Source of the DNA: Acidobacteriota bacterium
Lineage (GTDB): Bacteria; Acidobacteriota; CAIWXX01
Direction of reading: 5' to 3'
Length of the DNA: 64,000 nt
Assembly: GCA_040755995.1 (NCBI GenBank)
Contig: JBFMAF010000024.1
Span: 160,001 to 224,000 of the forward strand
Shown: piece by piece, positions 9,008-19,515 of the stretch
How the letters are laid out: every line of letters starts with the position of its first letter
Numbering within the stretch: position 1 is the stretch's first letter
Notes under the pieces: model-generated
What the model saw: only the letters and a program-made list of their open reading frames with translations
Told to the model about the DNA's origin: nothing
Databases searched by the model: none
Position numbers and translations under genes: made by a program

Positions 9008-9985
9008 ATGCGTTTGGCATCCCCTTACTTCCTGGTGCTCCTCCTCGCGCTGCCTCTGCTCTACTACCTGGAGCGCCGGTTCGGGCGGGGCGGCCGGTCG
9101 CTGCTGTACTCATCCATCGGTTCGCTGCCTCAGACGCGCCGCGTTTGGCTGCGGAGGCGTCTACATTGGCTCTTTCTGGCGGGCGCCGGACTGCTTGCCG
9201 CAGCGATGGCGCGTCCGCAGCTGGTGCAGAGCTACGAGGAGATCACGAGCGAAGGCATCGATATCGTGCTGGCGTTGGACGTCTCCGGAAGCATGGCCGC
9301 AGAGGACTTCAAGCCGAAGAACCGCTTGCAGGTGGCGAAGGAGGTCGTGGCGGATTTCATATCTCGACGCCGCGGTGACCGCATCGGACTGGTCGTGTTC
9401 GCCGGCGTCAGCATCACGAAATGCCCTCTCACCACGGACTACTCGGTGCTTCTCTCGCTGCTGGATTCGGTCGAGCTGGGCCAGCTCGAGGACGGCACAG
9501 CCATCGGCAACGCACTAGCCAACTGCGCCAATCGGCTTCGCAGGAGCCAGGTGAAGAGCAAGGTGATCATCCTACTGACCGACGGCGTAAACAACCGAGG
9601 GGAAATCTCTCCGCCGGATGCGGCCGACATCGCCCGCGCACTCAAGATCAAGGTCTACACGATCGGCGCGGGTACGCGCGGTATGGCTCCGTATCCGGTG
9701 CGCGACGCCGAGGGAAGGATCCACTATCAGATGATGGAGGTTCAGATCGACGAGGAGCTTCTGAAGACGATCGCCTCGAAGACCGGTGGACTCTACTTTC
9801 GGGCCACCGACAAGGGGTCACTCGAAAGAATCTATAATGAGATCGATCGTCTCGAACGTAGCGAGATCGAAAGCCGCCAGTACCGGAGCTACCGCGAGCT
9901 GTTTCCGTTCCTCGTCTGGACCGGCCTCGGCCTCGTCGCCGTCGGCGTGATCACGGGCGAAACCTATTTGCGCAGGGTTCCCTGA
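9008..9985 (+). CDS. batA: BatA-like VWA domain membrane protein
   Basis: N-terminal TM and ARPQ; MIDAS DVSGS, GTAIG, LLTDG; C-terminal TM. Confidence 0.9.
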   Translation: MRLASPYFLVLLLALPLLYYLERRFGRGGRSLLYSSIGSLPQTRRVWLRRRLHWLFLAGAGLLAAAMARPQLVQSYEEITSEGIDIVLALDVSGSMAAEDFKPKNRLQVAKEVVADFISRRRGDRIGLVVFAGVSITKCPLTTDYSVLLSLLDSVELGQLEDGTAIGNALANCANRLRRSQVKSKVIILLTDGVNNRGEISPPDAADIARALKIKVYTIGAGTRGMAPYPVRDAEGRIHYQMMEVQIDEELLKTIASKTGGLYFRATDKGSLERIYNEIDRLERSEIESRQYRSYRELFPFLVWTGLGLVAVGVITGETYLRRVP

Positions 9986-9989
9986 GAGT

Positions 9990-11000
9990 ATGCGTTTTCT
10001 CGATCCGGGCATTCTCTACGGCTTGCTGCTGATCCCTATTCTGTGGGCGACGTTCTTCTTCGCCGACAGGCGCGCCCGCGCGGCTTTGGCGCTGTTCGGA
10101 GAACCACGTTTGATCGACCCCACGCGACGGTCTCCGCCGGCGTGGGTCATCCGTGGGAAGCGGTTGCTACTGACACTGGGGCTGGCCTTCATGTTCCTCG
10201 CGCTGGCCCGGCCGCAGTGGGGGGAGAAGATGGAGGAGGTCCGGCGGAAGGGGCTCGACATCATGATCGTTCTCGACGTGTCGGCCAGCATGGATGCGCC
10301 GGATCCTAAGCCGAGCCGGCTGGAGGCCGCTCGGGGCGAGATAGGGGCGTTTCTCGATCTGCTGGAAGCTGACCGTGTCGGACTCGTTTGCTTCGCCGGT
10401 GAGCCCGCGTTGATCTGTCCGCTGACGCTCGACTACTCCGCGGTCAAGATCTTCCTCGACTCCGTGGATACCTCCACGATCTCCAGACCGGGCACGGCGA
10501 TCGGGAGGGCGATCGAGCTGGCGCTCGAGTCGTTCAGCCAGAGAGAGAAGAAATACAAGGTCGTCGTTCTGCTCACCGATGGAGAAGATCACGAGGGGCG
10601 GGCGGCGGCAGCGGCGAGGAAAGCCAGGGATGAGGGGGTCGTAATATTCACCATAGGGATCGGTACGCCTGGGGGCGAGCTCATCCCGGTGAGAGACGCA
10701 GAAGGGCAGTTCCGAGAATGGAAGAAGGACGACAAGGGACAGGTGGTCCAGTCGCGGCTGGATGCGGCGACGCTGCAGGATGTAGCCGCCACCACCGGCG
10801 GCAAGTTCTTCGCGATCACTACCGGCGGTGACGAGCTGAAGCGTATCGCGGAAGAGATCGCTGCGATGGACAAGAAAGAGGTCCATGCGCGATTGCAAAC
10901 GGTCTACGAGGAGCGATATCAATGGTTCCTGCTACCCGGCGTTGTGTTTCTCTTCGGACTCATGGCGATTCCGGAGAAGGGGAGGAACTCCAGACGATGA
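9990..11000 (+). CDS. batB: BatB-like VWA domain membrane protein
   Basis: ARPQWG, DVSASM, PLTLDY, LTDGED, ERYQWFL; follows batA. Confidence 0.9.
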   Translation: MRFLDPGILYGLLLIPILWATFFFADRRARAALALFGEPRLIDPTRRSPPAWVIRGKRLLLTLGLAFMFLALARPQWGEKMEEVRRKGLDIMIVLDVSASMDAPDPKPSRLEAARGEIGAFLDLLEADRVGLVCFAGEPALICPLTLDYSAVKIFLDSVDTSTISRPGTAIGRAIELALESFSQREKKYKVVVLLTDGEDHEGRAAAAARKARDEGVVIFTIGIGTPGGELIPVRDAEGQFREWKKDDKGQVVQSRLDAATLQDVAATTGGKFFAITTGGDELKRIAEEIAAMDKKEVHARLQTVYEERYQWFLLPGVVFLFGLMAIPEKGRNSRR

Positions 11001-11701
11001 AAACGGGCTCAACCTTCGAGCACGTGCACCCAATCCTGGCTCGACCGGTGCGGCTCGTGTTGCTCGGGCTGCTCGGTTGGTTCGGCACCGGGAATCCCTT
11101 GAGTATGGCCGCGTCGGCTTACTGGAGCAACAAAGAGGGCACACGGCAGTACAACGAGAAGAACTACGACGAGGCCTTCAAGAAATACGCAGAGGCGCAG
11201 GCGGCACGTCCCGACCTGGCCCAGCTGAAGTACAACGAGGCCAACGCCCTGTACAAGATGGGGAAGCACCAGGAGGCCTCCAAGCTCTATAGCGAGGCGC
11301 TTTCCCTGGCGGACCGGAAGGAAAAGGCGTGGGACGCTTACAATCTCGGGAATGCGGCCTTCAAGTCAGGCGACCTCGAAGGAGCCGTCAAGTCTTACAT
11401 CCAGGCCCTGCGCCTCGACCCACAAGACCAGCAGGCCAAGGTCAATCTCGAGCTCGCGTTGAAGAAGCAGGATGAACAGAAGAACCAGGAACAGAACCAG
11501 CAGGAGCCTCAGAAGGAAGACCAGCAGAAGCAGCAGAACAGCGAACCGCAGCAGAGCGATGTTGCACCCCAGTCCGAACAGCAGGACGTGAATCAGAAAC
11601 AGACGGAAGCTATGCTCGACTACCTCATGGAAAAAGAGAAAGAGGACATGCAGAAGCAGAAGCGGAGGAAGCTCGTGCCCGCCGGCGGAAAGGACTGGTA
11701 G
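10997..11701 (+). CDS. batC: BatC-like TPR protein with Q-rich linker
   Basis: ATGA overlap with batB stop; TPRs (YNLGNAAF, NLELAL), Q-rich region, KDW end. Confidence 0.85.
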   Translation: MKTGSTFEHVHPILARPVRLVLLGLLGWFGTGNPLSMAASAYWSNKEGTRQYNEKNYDEAFKKYAEAQAARPDLAQLKYNEANALYKMGKHQEASKLYSEALSLADRKEKAWDAYNLGNAAFKSGDLEGAVKSYIQALRLDPQDQQAKVNLELALKKQDEQKNQEQNQQEPQKEDQQKQQNSEPQQSDVAPQSEQQDVNQKQTEAMLDYLMEKEKEDMQKQKRRKLVPAGGKDW

Positions 11702-11779
11702 TAGCAGGCGGGTTGGGGCTCATCTTGAGATAACGTGTTGTCGGTGGGCGAGTGCAGCATCCGTGGGCCCGTCGGGCCC

Positions 11780-11893
11780 ATTTCGAATTTCGAATTTTGG
11801 ATTACCGGCCGAACGCCCGGCACCTCTCCACCGGATGGGACTGCGGACCCTCGCACTCGGAACCGGGAACCGAGAACCGGGAACCTGGAACCT
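11780..11893. repeat. Two 7-mer tandem repeat blocks between convergent genes
   Basis: atttcga atttcga attttgg (11780-11803); ggaaccg ggaaccg agaaccg ggaacct ggaacct (11859-11893). Confidence 0.7.
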
Positions 11894-14800
11894 ATTTCTC
11901 TCCGAGCGTCTGGCGGAGCGTGCGGGCGAACTCGGACAGGTTGTAGGGCTTCTGAATGTATCCCTTCGCCCCGCTCCTCAGTATCTCATTTGCCTGCCCC
12001 TCGAGACTGAACCCGGACGACACGAGGATTCTGGCGCTGGGGTCGAGGCTCACGATCGCCTGGAAGGTCTCTTTACCTGACATGCCTGGCATCAGCACGT
12101 CAAGGAGAACCAGGTCGACCTTCTCGGACCTGTATGTGTCAACCGCCTCGCGGCCGCTGGCGGCCACCAACACCTTGTAACCGAGCTCCCGCAGCAGCTC
12201 GGCCGCCATCTCCCGCACCACCTGTTCGTCATCGACCACCAGGATCGTCTCACGTCCGCGCGGGAGATCCGCTTCCGGATTGACCGGCGTAGTCGTGGCT
12301 GCGGGCTGGCGCGTTGCGGGGATGTATGCCTTGAATTCGGAGAACCGGGCGACTTCGCTGTCTACCTCGATGAACCCGCCGTGGTTCTTGACGATACCGT
12401 AGACCATGGCCAGGCCCATGCCGCTGCCCTTCCCCTTTTCTTTGGTCGTGAAGAACGGCTCGAAGATCCTCTTCCTGGTTTCCGGGTCGATGCCGGTGCC
12501 GTTGTCCCTGACGGACAGGAGAACGTAGTCTCCGGCTCTGGCACCTACGTGCTGTCTGGCTTTGGTGTCGTCAATCCAGCTGTTTCGTGTCGTGATGGTG
12601 ATCGTACCGCCGTTGGGCAGGGCGTCACGCGCGTTCAGACATAGATTCAGCAGGCAATGCTCGAGCTGTCCGGCATCGCCTTCGACCGCCAGCAGGTCCT
12701 GGTCCAGCGAGACTTCGATGTCGATGCTCTTGTCGAAAGTCCGCCGCGCGATCGAGACCACGTTCTCGACGACCTGATTCATGCATGTGGGCTGAACCTG
12801 ATATCGGCCACCCCGAGCGAACCCGAGCAGCTGGTTGGTGAGCTCGGCCGCACGGTGCGCGGACGATTCGATGGTCTCGATGGCGCGGTGGAGCGAATGC
12901 TCCTGAGTTAGCTGCGTCTTGGCCAGAGCCGCGTAGCCGATAATCCCGCACAAGAGGTTGTTGAAGTCGTGTGCGATACCGCCGGCCAGCGTCCCCACGG
13001 CTTCCATCTTCTGTGCCTGTGCCAGCTGCTCCTCCAGCCTCCGCTGCTCCTCCTCCGCCCTCACCCTGTCCGTGGCGTCGTGGAGGATCGATTGGAGGTA
13101 GGTGGACCCACCGAGCTCCAGTCGAGAAACCGACACTTCGAGATGTAGTGGAGTCCCGTCAGCCCGGAAGGCTTTCCATGGGAAATGTAAAGTCTCCCCT
13201 TCCAGCACGCGGCGCTTGTATTCGTCCACCAGCAGCTTCGAGGGCCTACCATCACGCTGCTGCGGTGGGGAGAAGTCCGACGGGCTGTGCCCAATGATCT
13301 CGTGCCGCTCACACCGCATCATACGCCCAGCCTGGCTGTTGCAGTCGATGATCACATCGCCGTCTTGGATCAGAATAGCGTCCGTGGCGTTCTCATAGAG
13401 CGCCCTGTACTTGGCGACCGAGGCCCTCAGCGCCTCCTCCGCGCTGACGATGTCTGAGAGGTCGATAGTATTGGTAACGACGTACTGCAGCGCTCCATCC
13501 GATGCAAATATGCCAACCAGGTTCTCCATGACGTGGATAGCCGTCCCGTCTCGTCGCTGGCCGGCCGAGCGGTGGTTCACGATCTTCCCGCGCTCGGCCA
13601 GCTCCCGCAGCAGCTCGGCCCGCGCCCCCGGGTCCGTGCTCAGGGCGTGAGGAGGCAGCCGCAGCATCTCCTCCTCAGCATCGAACTTGTACATCCGGAT
13701 CAGCGCGGGGTTGCAGGCAATCAGACGCCCATCGGGAGTCGAGATGCTGACGCCGCTAAGGGTGTTCTCGTAGAGCAGCCGGTAGCGTGTCTCGGAACGC
13801 CTGAGGGCGTCCTCTGCCACCTGCCTCTCGATGGCAAGCGCCGCGGGGCTGGCGAGCGTCTCCAGCAGTACGCGATCGCCTTCGCTGTACGCGCCCTGCT
13901 GCTCGTAGTCCTGCACGACCATCGCGCCGACCGTGCGGTCCACGACACGCAACGGCACACCCAGCCATGATGAGGGGAGCGTTCCGATGACCTCCACCTC
14001 GCCGTTCCCCTCGAGCTCCGCCGCGCGCTCGGGGGTCCACAACAGGCTTTGGCCGGTTCTCATGATGTATTCCGTCAGCCCTCGTTTCGCCTGGCGAGGC
14101 TCTGGTGTGGCATCGAATTGATCCACGAAGTACGGAAACGACACTGTCTGCGTGCGCGGGTCCATCAGGGCGATGTAGAAATTCCTGGCACGCATGAGTG
14201 TCGTCACCTGCTCGTGGATCAGTCCCAGCAGTTGCTGCAAATCCCTCGATCGGTTCATCGCATGGCCGATCTCGGATATGGCCTTGATCGTCCTGAGCTT
14301 GCGCTTGGCCTCGGTCACATCCCGCACGACAAGCACCACTGCTCGGCGGCCCTCGTACACGATCGTGCGCCCCTGGACTTCGACCTCAATCGGTACACCG
14401 TCCCTGGTCAGCGCAAGCGCCTCCCCGTGCAGCTCCTCGACCAATCCCCTCTCCAGCCTATCCCGGCACGCGAAGAGCTGTTCGCGGTAGTCCGGATGTG
14501 TCAGATTGCCGAGCGGCCTGCCGAGCAGCTCGGCGGGCGAATCGAATCCGAAGATGCGCGCATATGCATCGTTCGCATAGACATAGACGCCGTCGCGAAT
14601 GACGGCCAACCCGTCCATCAGGCCGGCGACCAGAGCCTTGTACCTCTCCTCGGACTCACGCAGCGTGTGCTCGGTTCTCTCGAGCATCGACACGTCGAAT
14701 GCGACGCCGGCGATGGCAGGCTCGCCATCGACGACCACTCGCCGGCCCTGCGATTCAATCGACAACACCGTGCCGTCCTTCCTGAAGCACCGGACCAGGA

Positions 14801-15071
14801 CTTGGCCGCTTACGGGTGAGTCTTCAGACATCCGCTGCACGATCCGCTGGGCGATGGTCGCGCGGAATTCAGGCGCCACCAGGTCCAGCGGTTTCACCTG
14901 CAGCAGCTCGTCGGGCGTGTAGCCAAACATCTGGGCCAGCCGGCGATTCGCGTAGAAGAGACGCCCCCCTTTGAGGATGAACACCCCGGCATTCACGCTA
15001 TCCAGGACGAGCGCAAGCGCCTCGGATATCCCCATGGACCGATCCGGCGCCTCCTCCAATCTGTCCCCCAT
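11892..15071 (-). CDS. Cytoplasmic hybrid sensor histidine kinase (PAS-PAS-GAF-PAS-PAS-HisKA-HATPase-REC)
   Basis: AGGIAHDFNN H-box, NARDA, DNGTG, FEPFFTTK, GSGMGL; REC with VVDD and D-x-LMP. Confidence 0.95.
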   Translation of the reverse strand: MGDRLEEAPDRSMGISEALALVLDSVNAGVFILKGGRLFYANRRLAQMFGYTPDELLQVKPLDLVAPEFRATIAQRIVQRMSEDSPVSGQVLVRCFRKDGTVLSIESQGRRVVVDGEPAIAGVAFDVSMLERTEHTLRESEERYKALVAGLMDGLAVIRDGVYVYANDAYARIFGFDSPAELLGRPLGNLTHPDYREQLFACRDRLERGLVEELHGEALALTRDGVPIEVEVQGRTIVYEGRRAVVLVVRDVTEAKRKLRTIKAISEIGHAMNRSRDLQQLLGLIHEQVTTLMRARNFYIALMDPRTQTVSFPYFVDQFDATPEPRQAKRGLTEYIMRTGQSLLWTPERAAELEGNGEVEVIGTLPSSWLGVPLRVVDRTVGAMVVQDYEQQGAYSEGDRVLLETLASPAALAIERQVAEDALRRSETRYRLLYENTLSGVSISTPDGRLIACNPALIRMYKFDAEEEMLRLPPHALSTDPGARAELLRELAERGKIVNHRSAGQRRDGTAIHVMENLVGIFASDGALQYVVTNTIDLSDIVSAEEALRASVAKYRALYENATDAILIQDGDVIIDCNSQAGRMMRCERHEIIGHSPSDFSPPQQRDGRPSKLLVDEYKRRVLEGETLHFPWKAFRADGTPLHLEVSVSRLELGGSTYLQSILHDATDRVRAEEEQRRLEEQLAQAQKMEAVGTLAGGIAHDFNNLLCGIIGYAALAKTQLTQEHSLHRAIETIESSAHRAAELTNQLLGFARGGRYQVQPTCMNQVVENVVSIARRTFDKSIDIEVSLDQDLLAVEGDAGQLEHCLLNLCLNARDALPNGGTITITTRNSWIDDTKARQHVGARAGDYVLLSVRDNGTGIDPETRKRIFEPFFTTKEKGKGSGMGLAMVYGIVKNHGGFIEVDSEVARFSEFKAYIPATRQPAATTTPVNPEADLPRGRETILVVDDEQVVREMAAELLRELGYKVLVAASGREAVDTYRSEKVDLVLLDVLMPGMSGKETFQAIVSLDPSARILVSSGFSLEGQANEILRSGAKGYIQKPYNLSEFARTLRQTLGEK

Positions 15072-15110
15072 CCCGGCGAGCCTCTACTTATAGCACTTTT
15101 GCAGGCGCCA

Positions 15111-15140
15111 TTGAAATGGACGGCGGCCGGGCGGTAGAAT
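15111..15140 (+). promoter_or_regulatory. Putative sigma70 promoter of alaS
   Basis: TTGAAA-N18-TAGAAT, 36 nt upstream of the ATG. Confidence 0.5.
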
Positions 15141-15176
15141 TCGAAGTTCCGGACACATGAAGAACAGGACAAGTGC

Positions 15177-17816
15177 ATGAAAGCCCACCAGATTCGCAGC
15201 GCCTTCCTCGAGTACTTCAAGGAGCGGGGGCACGAAATCGTCAAGAGCTCGTCACTGATCCCTCAGAGCGACCCGACTCTGCTATTCACCAACGCCGGGA
15301 TGAACCAGTTCAAAGAGGTGTTCCTCGGCAAGCAGAAGCGCCCGTACACCAGGGCGGCGAGCGTCCAGAAGTGTATGCGCGCCGGAGGCAAGCACAACGA
15401 CCTCGACAACGTCGGCCATACGCACCGCCATCATACCTTCTTCGAGATGCTCGGCAACTTCTCCTTCGGCGACTACTTCAAGGAAGACGCCATCGCGATG
15501 GCCTGGGAATTCTTCACAGCGAGGCTCGGACTGCCCAGCGACCGTCTCTGGGTGACAGTCTACAAAGACGACGACCAGGCTTACGAGATCTGGCGACGCA
15601 TCGCGGGCGTCGGTGCCGATCACGTCCTGCGGTTCGATGAGAGGGACAATTTCTGGGCGATGGGGGAGACCGGACCGTGCGGCCCCTGTTCAGAGATCCT
15701 CATCGACCAGGGGCCCGAGGTCGGCTGCCGCCTCCCGACCTGCGCGCCCGGGTGCTCGTGCGACCGCTATCTCGAGCTCTGGAACCTCGTCTTCATGCAG
15801 TACGACCGCGATGCGGCCGGCGTCATGCATCCCTTGCCGTCTCCTTGCATCGACACGGGGGCGGGGCTCGAGCGGATCGCCGCGGTGCTCCAGGGCGTGC
15901 ACTCCAACTTCCACAGCGATCTCTTCCAGCCGCTGATACGGCAAGTCAGCGAGATGGCGGATGTCGACTACGACGCGGAGAGCGAGATGGGCGCGGCGAT
16001 GCGCGTCATTGCGGACCACGTCCGGTCTGCAACGTTCGTGATCAGCGACGGAGCGCTCCCGGCCAACGACGGGCGCGGTTCGGTGGTGCGGCGCGTCTTG
16101 CGACGGGCGATGCGCTACGGCGGGAAGCTCGGCTTCCAGGAGCCGTTTCTCTACAAGCTGGTCGGTGTCGTCGTGGGGATCATGGGCGAGGCCTATCCCG
16201 AGCTGACGCTGCTGCGCGACCACACGGCGCGAGTGATCCTGGCCGAAGAGGAGCGCTTCGAGACGACGCTGACGGTCGGCTTGCGCATTCTCGAGAAGCT
16301 GTGCGAGAAGTCGGCCGGAGTCGTGAGCGGGGAGGAGCTCTTCAAGCTGTATGACACCTACGGTTTCCCGCTGGACCTTGCGCGCGAGTATTGCGAGGAG
16401 AGGCAGCTGAGGGTTGACGAAGCCGGGTTCGAGGCTGAGATGCGCCGGCAGCGCGACGCACAACGCGCCCGCGCCGAAGTCGCGTCCCTGGTGGGCGGCG
16501 GTGCAGATGCGCAGTCCGGGCTGCTGAAGGATGTTGCGCGGCCGCGATTCACGGGCTACAGGTCGCTCCGCGAGGACGGCGCCCGTGTAGTCCGCTTGTT
16601 CCGCGATGGCGCCACGGTGCGGCGTCTGGAAGAGGGCGAGGCGGGCGAGGTATTGATCGACCCGACGCCGTTCTACGCCGAGTCGGGCGGCCAGATCGGG
16701 GATCGAGGAGAGCTGTTGGGCCCGGCGGGGCGGGCGCTGGTCCGATCGGCGGGCTACCGTGGAGACGCGTACTCGATGCTGGACGTGGTCGTGGAGCGCG
16801 GGGCGCTGGAGACCGGCCAGGATGTGGATGCGGTTGTCGACGCGGAGTCGCGAACGAACGCCGCGATTCATCACACGTCGACGCACCTGCTGCACGCGGC
16901 TCTTCGCGAGGTGCTTGGCCCTCACGTCAAGCAGGCCGGGTCGCTGGTGGATCCGTCGCACCTCCGGTTTGACTTCAGCCATTACGCGGCGCTGAAGGAC
17001 CGCGAGATAGCCGACATCGAGGACATGGTCAACCGCGAGGTGCGCGCGAATGAGACGGTCGAGACCGCGGTGATGCCCATCGAGGAGGCGCTGGCCGGGG
17101 GTGCGCTGGCCTTCTTCGGGGAAAAATATGGGAACGAGGTGAGGGTGATCAAGATTGGGGATTTCTCGATGGAGCTCTGTGGAGGGACTCATCTCTCGGC
17201 CACGGGGCAGATCGGGCTCTTCCGCGTGGACTCCGAGGGCAGCGTCGCTTCGGGCGTACGCAGAATCACCGCGCATGCGGGCAACGCCGCGGTCGAATCG
17301 ATTCACCGGGACACGGCCCTGCTTCGAGAGATCGAGCAGCTGATTCGATCGAGCAGGGCAGAGCTCCCGAGCTCGATCGCGCGTCTGCAGGAGCAGCTCA
17401 AGCAGAGGGAGCGCGAGATACAGGAGCTCAGGAGAAAGCAGCTCTCTTCGATCGACATCGAGCAGGGTGCCAGCCGCCAGGTCGACGGCGTGCGCGTCGT
17501 CAGCCATCGGATCGACGGCCTGGACCTGCCGGCACTCCGTGAAGTGATGGATCGGTGGCGCGAGCAGATACGGTCCGGGGTCGTGGTGCTGGTCGCCGAA
17601 TCGGAAGGCAAGGCGCAGTTACTGGTCGGCGTCACGAAGGACCTCACCAAGAGACTCCACGCAGGCTCCTTGATCAAGGGCCTGGCTGCGCTGGTCGGAG
17701 GCAAGGGAGGCGGCCGCCCGGACCTGGCGGAAGCCGGCGGGAAGGATCCATCGGGAATCGAGCGCGTTCTCGAGACCGTCGACAAGGCCGTGGCGGACGC
17801 ACTCGAGAAGAGGTGA
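15177..17816 (+). CDS. alaS: Alanine--tRNA ligase
   Basis: DPTLLFTNAGM, HHTFFEMLGNFSFGDYFK, WNLVFMQY; editing HTSTHLLH and ELCGGTH; GGKGGGRPD. Confidence 0.99.
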   Translation: MKAHQIRSAFLEYFKERGHEIVKSSSLIPQSDPTLLFTNAGMNQFKEVFLGKQKRPYTRAASVQKCMRAGGKHNDLDNVGHTHRHHTFFEMLGNFSFGDYFKEDAIAMAWEFFTARLGLPSDRLWVTVYKDDDQAYEIWRRIAGVGADHVLRFDERDNFWAMGETGPCGPCSEILIDQGPEVGCRLPTCAPGCSCDRYLELWNLVFMQYDRDAAGVMHPLPSPCIDTGAGLERIAAVLQGVHSNFHSDLFQPLIRQVSEMADVDYDAESEMGAAMRVIADHVRSATFVISDGALPANDGRGSVVRRVLRRAMRYGGKLGFQEPFLYKLVGVVVGIMGEAYPELTLLRDHTARVILAEEERFETTLTVGLRILEKLCEKSAGVVSGEELFKLYDTYGFPLDLAREYCEERQLRVDEAGFEAEMRRQRDAQRARAEVASLVGGGADAQSGLLKDVARPRFTGYRSLREDGARVVRLFRDGATVRRLEEGEAGEVLIDPTPFYAESGGQIGDRGELLGPAGRALVRSAGYRGDAYSMLDVVVERGALETGQDVDAVVDAESRTNAAIHHTSTHLLHAALREVLGPHVKQAGSLVDPSHLRFDFSHYAALKDREIADIEDMVNREVRANETVETAVMPIEEALAGGALAFFGEKYGNEVRVIKIGDFSMELCGGTHLSATGQIGLFRVDSEGSVASGVRRITAHAGNAAVESIHRDTALLREIEQLIRSSRAELPSSIARLQEQLKQREREIQELRRKQLSSIDIEQGASRQVDGVRVVSHRIDGLDLPALREVMDRWREQIRSGVVVLVAESEGKAQLLVGVTKDLTKRLHAGSLIKGLAALVGGKGGGRPDLAEAGGKDPSGIERVLETVDKAVADALEKR

Positions 17817-17851
17817 GACCGACGTGCCCCGAATGGGCTGAATCGCCATTC

Positions 17852-17928
17852 GACGTGGAGACACGGTGACGCGGGGACGCGGAGACACTGCGACACGGAG
17901 ACACGGGGAACTGAGCACCGAGAACTGC
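17852..17928. repeat. 8-mer tandem repeat (GACRCGGN x7) followed by 7-mer repeat x3
   Basis: gacgtgga gacacggt gacgcggg gacgcgga gacactgc gacacgga gacacggg, then gaactga gcaccga gaactgc. Confidence 0.8.
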
Positions 17929-19446
17929 CAGCAAACCATCAATTCCGAGTCCCAGCGCCTGCGTCACCGGCTGACCGCATGCCTGGTGGTGGCTGTGGTT
18001 GCAGCCCTGCCCATCGGGGTCTATTGGGGAGCCCTCCACGCAGGCTTCTTCTCCGACGATTACACGTGGCTGGGGCGGATGGAGCCCACGCTGCTGAAGC
18101 CGGTCTATGTGTTCTCGATCTTCTACCGCGACTTCAACCCGATGCTGCACGCGAGCTTCGTGCTGGACTATGTCGCAGGCGGAGGCGGCCCGGTGGCGTT
18201 CCATATCACGTCGCTCGCCATTCACGCGGCTTCGTCGGCTCTTCTCGCCGCTCTGTTGCTGCGAATGGGGATCGGGCTATGGACCGCCGCTGCTGCGACG
18301 CTCTTGTGGGCGCTCAACGTCAGGATCTCGGAATGCGTAATATGGCCGTCGGCCCGTGGACACTCGCTCGTCACCCTCTTCGTTCTCGCAGGGATGCTTT
18401 GCCTGCTGGGGACTCGACGCTGGCGCATCTGGGGGACTGCGGCCATGTTCCTGTTGGGACTGCTCAGCAAGGAACTCGCCTTTCCTCCAATGCTCGTGCT
18501 GCCCTTGATCGTATGGATGCGACGAAGGAGGGCGGGTGCTGGCTCGTGCAGCTACTCGGACCTCGTACCGACTGGGGTCCTGGCAGCGATCTTCATCACC
18601 AGTGAGGCGCTGCTAGTGCCTCCGGCGTACGCTCACAAGAGCCTTGGGGACCTGGCCTTGAAGGCTCCTTTCGTCTTGCTCCGGCCGATCGGTCTGGGCG
18701 ACATGTACACCTTCACCTTCGCCTCGCTAGGGCTGTTCCTGGCGGTGATGATCGGCGCCTTGCTCCTGCTCCGCCGTACGACAGCGCTCATCGGATTCGC
18801 CTGGCTCCTCCTCTGCTCGGTGCCGATCATCCCTCTGGAGAAGCTCTCCTCAAGGTATCTGTATCTGCTCTCGATCGGCTACGTCTTCGTCCTGTGCGGG
18901 CTGGTGGAGTGGGTCCGATCGAGACCAGGCTCGGCGGTGTTCCGGCGATTCGCCGCGGTGGGCGCCGTGACCATCGCCGTCCTCCTGCTGGCGGCAAACG
19001 GTGTCTGGACACAGCGTGAGATCGACGACTACACCGCGTTGTCCGAGCCATACGCGCGCTGCGCGCAGATCCTCCGGGTGCCGGCTCTCGAGCTTGCTCC
19101 GGCCGAGACGCTCGTGATCGTGGATGTCAGCCGCCGTGACGATGCGGCTGCGATGATGGCACTCGTCAAGAGTCGCGGGACGATCGCGAAGCTGATCCCA
19201 TACCGCGAGCACGCGGTAGGCGGGCTGATCGTCCTCCGCGATGCGGTGAACATCGCGAGACGCGGATCCGGTGGTCTGCTGGCCGCGCCGGTGGACCTGG
19301 CCGAACCGGGGCCGCTCCGCGTCTACGCGTACGATGGCCATGCGGTCTACAAGTTGGAAGCGTTGCCTCTGGCGCCTGCTGACCGTGTGTTCGCGGTGCG
19401 CCTCGGCCCGCCGTCTGCCTACTTCGCCAATCCCGGGAGAATCTGA
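17866..19446 (+). CDS. Multi-pass membrane protein, GT-C glycosyltransferase-like (true start probably downstream of the repeats)
   Basis: FFSDDY after the first TM, LLSKE and RYLYL motifs, many TM helices. Confidence 0.6.
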   Translation: MTRGRGDTATRRHGELSTENCQQTINSESQRLRHRLTACLVVAVVAALPIGVYWGALHAGFFSDDYTWLGRMEPTLLKPVYVFSIFYRDFNPMLHASFVLDYVAGGGGPVAFHITSLAIHAASSALLAALLLRMGIGLWTAAAATLLWALNVRISECVIWPSARGHSLVTLFVLAGMLCLLGTRRWRIWGTAAMFLLGLLSKELAFPPMLVLPLIVWMRRRRAGAGSCSYSDLVPTGVLAAIFITSEALLVPPAYAHKSLGDLALKAPFVLLRPIGLGDMYTFTFASLGLFLAVMIGALLLLRRTTALIGFAWLLLCSVPIIPLEKLSSRYLYLLSIGYVFVLCGLVEWVRSRPGSAVFRRFAAVGAVTIAVLLLAANGVWTQREIDDYTALSEPYARCAQILRVPALELAPAETLVIVDVSRRDDAAAMMALVKSRGTIAKLIPYREHAVGGLIVLRDAVNIARRGSGGLLAAPVDLAEPGPLRVYAYDGHAVYKLEALPLAPADRVFAVRLGPPSAYFANPGRI

Positions 19447-19515
19447 GCCACCAGTGGAGGCCCGTACGGACGGGGGGACCGGTACAAGATCGGCCCGGGG
19501 CAAGACCGCTGTTGA

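Noticed and set aside
15690..17507. 605-aa ORF antisense to alaS, and similar shadows such as 1104-2615, 23404-24429 and 31234-32529
   Set aside because: Antisense shadows of well-supported genes are expected from high-GC codon bias, and they show no motifs.
17852..17928. Short repeats here and elsewhere as a CRISPR array
   Set aside because: Units are 6-9 nt and contiguous, with no spacers and no cas genes.
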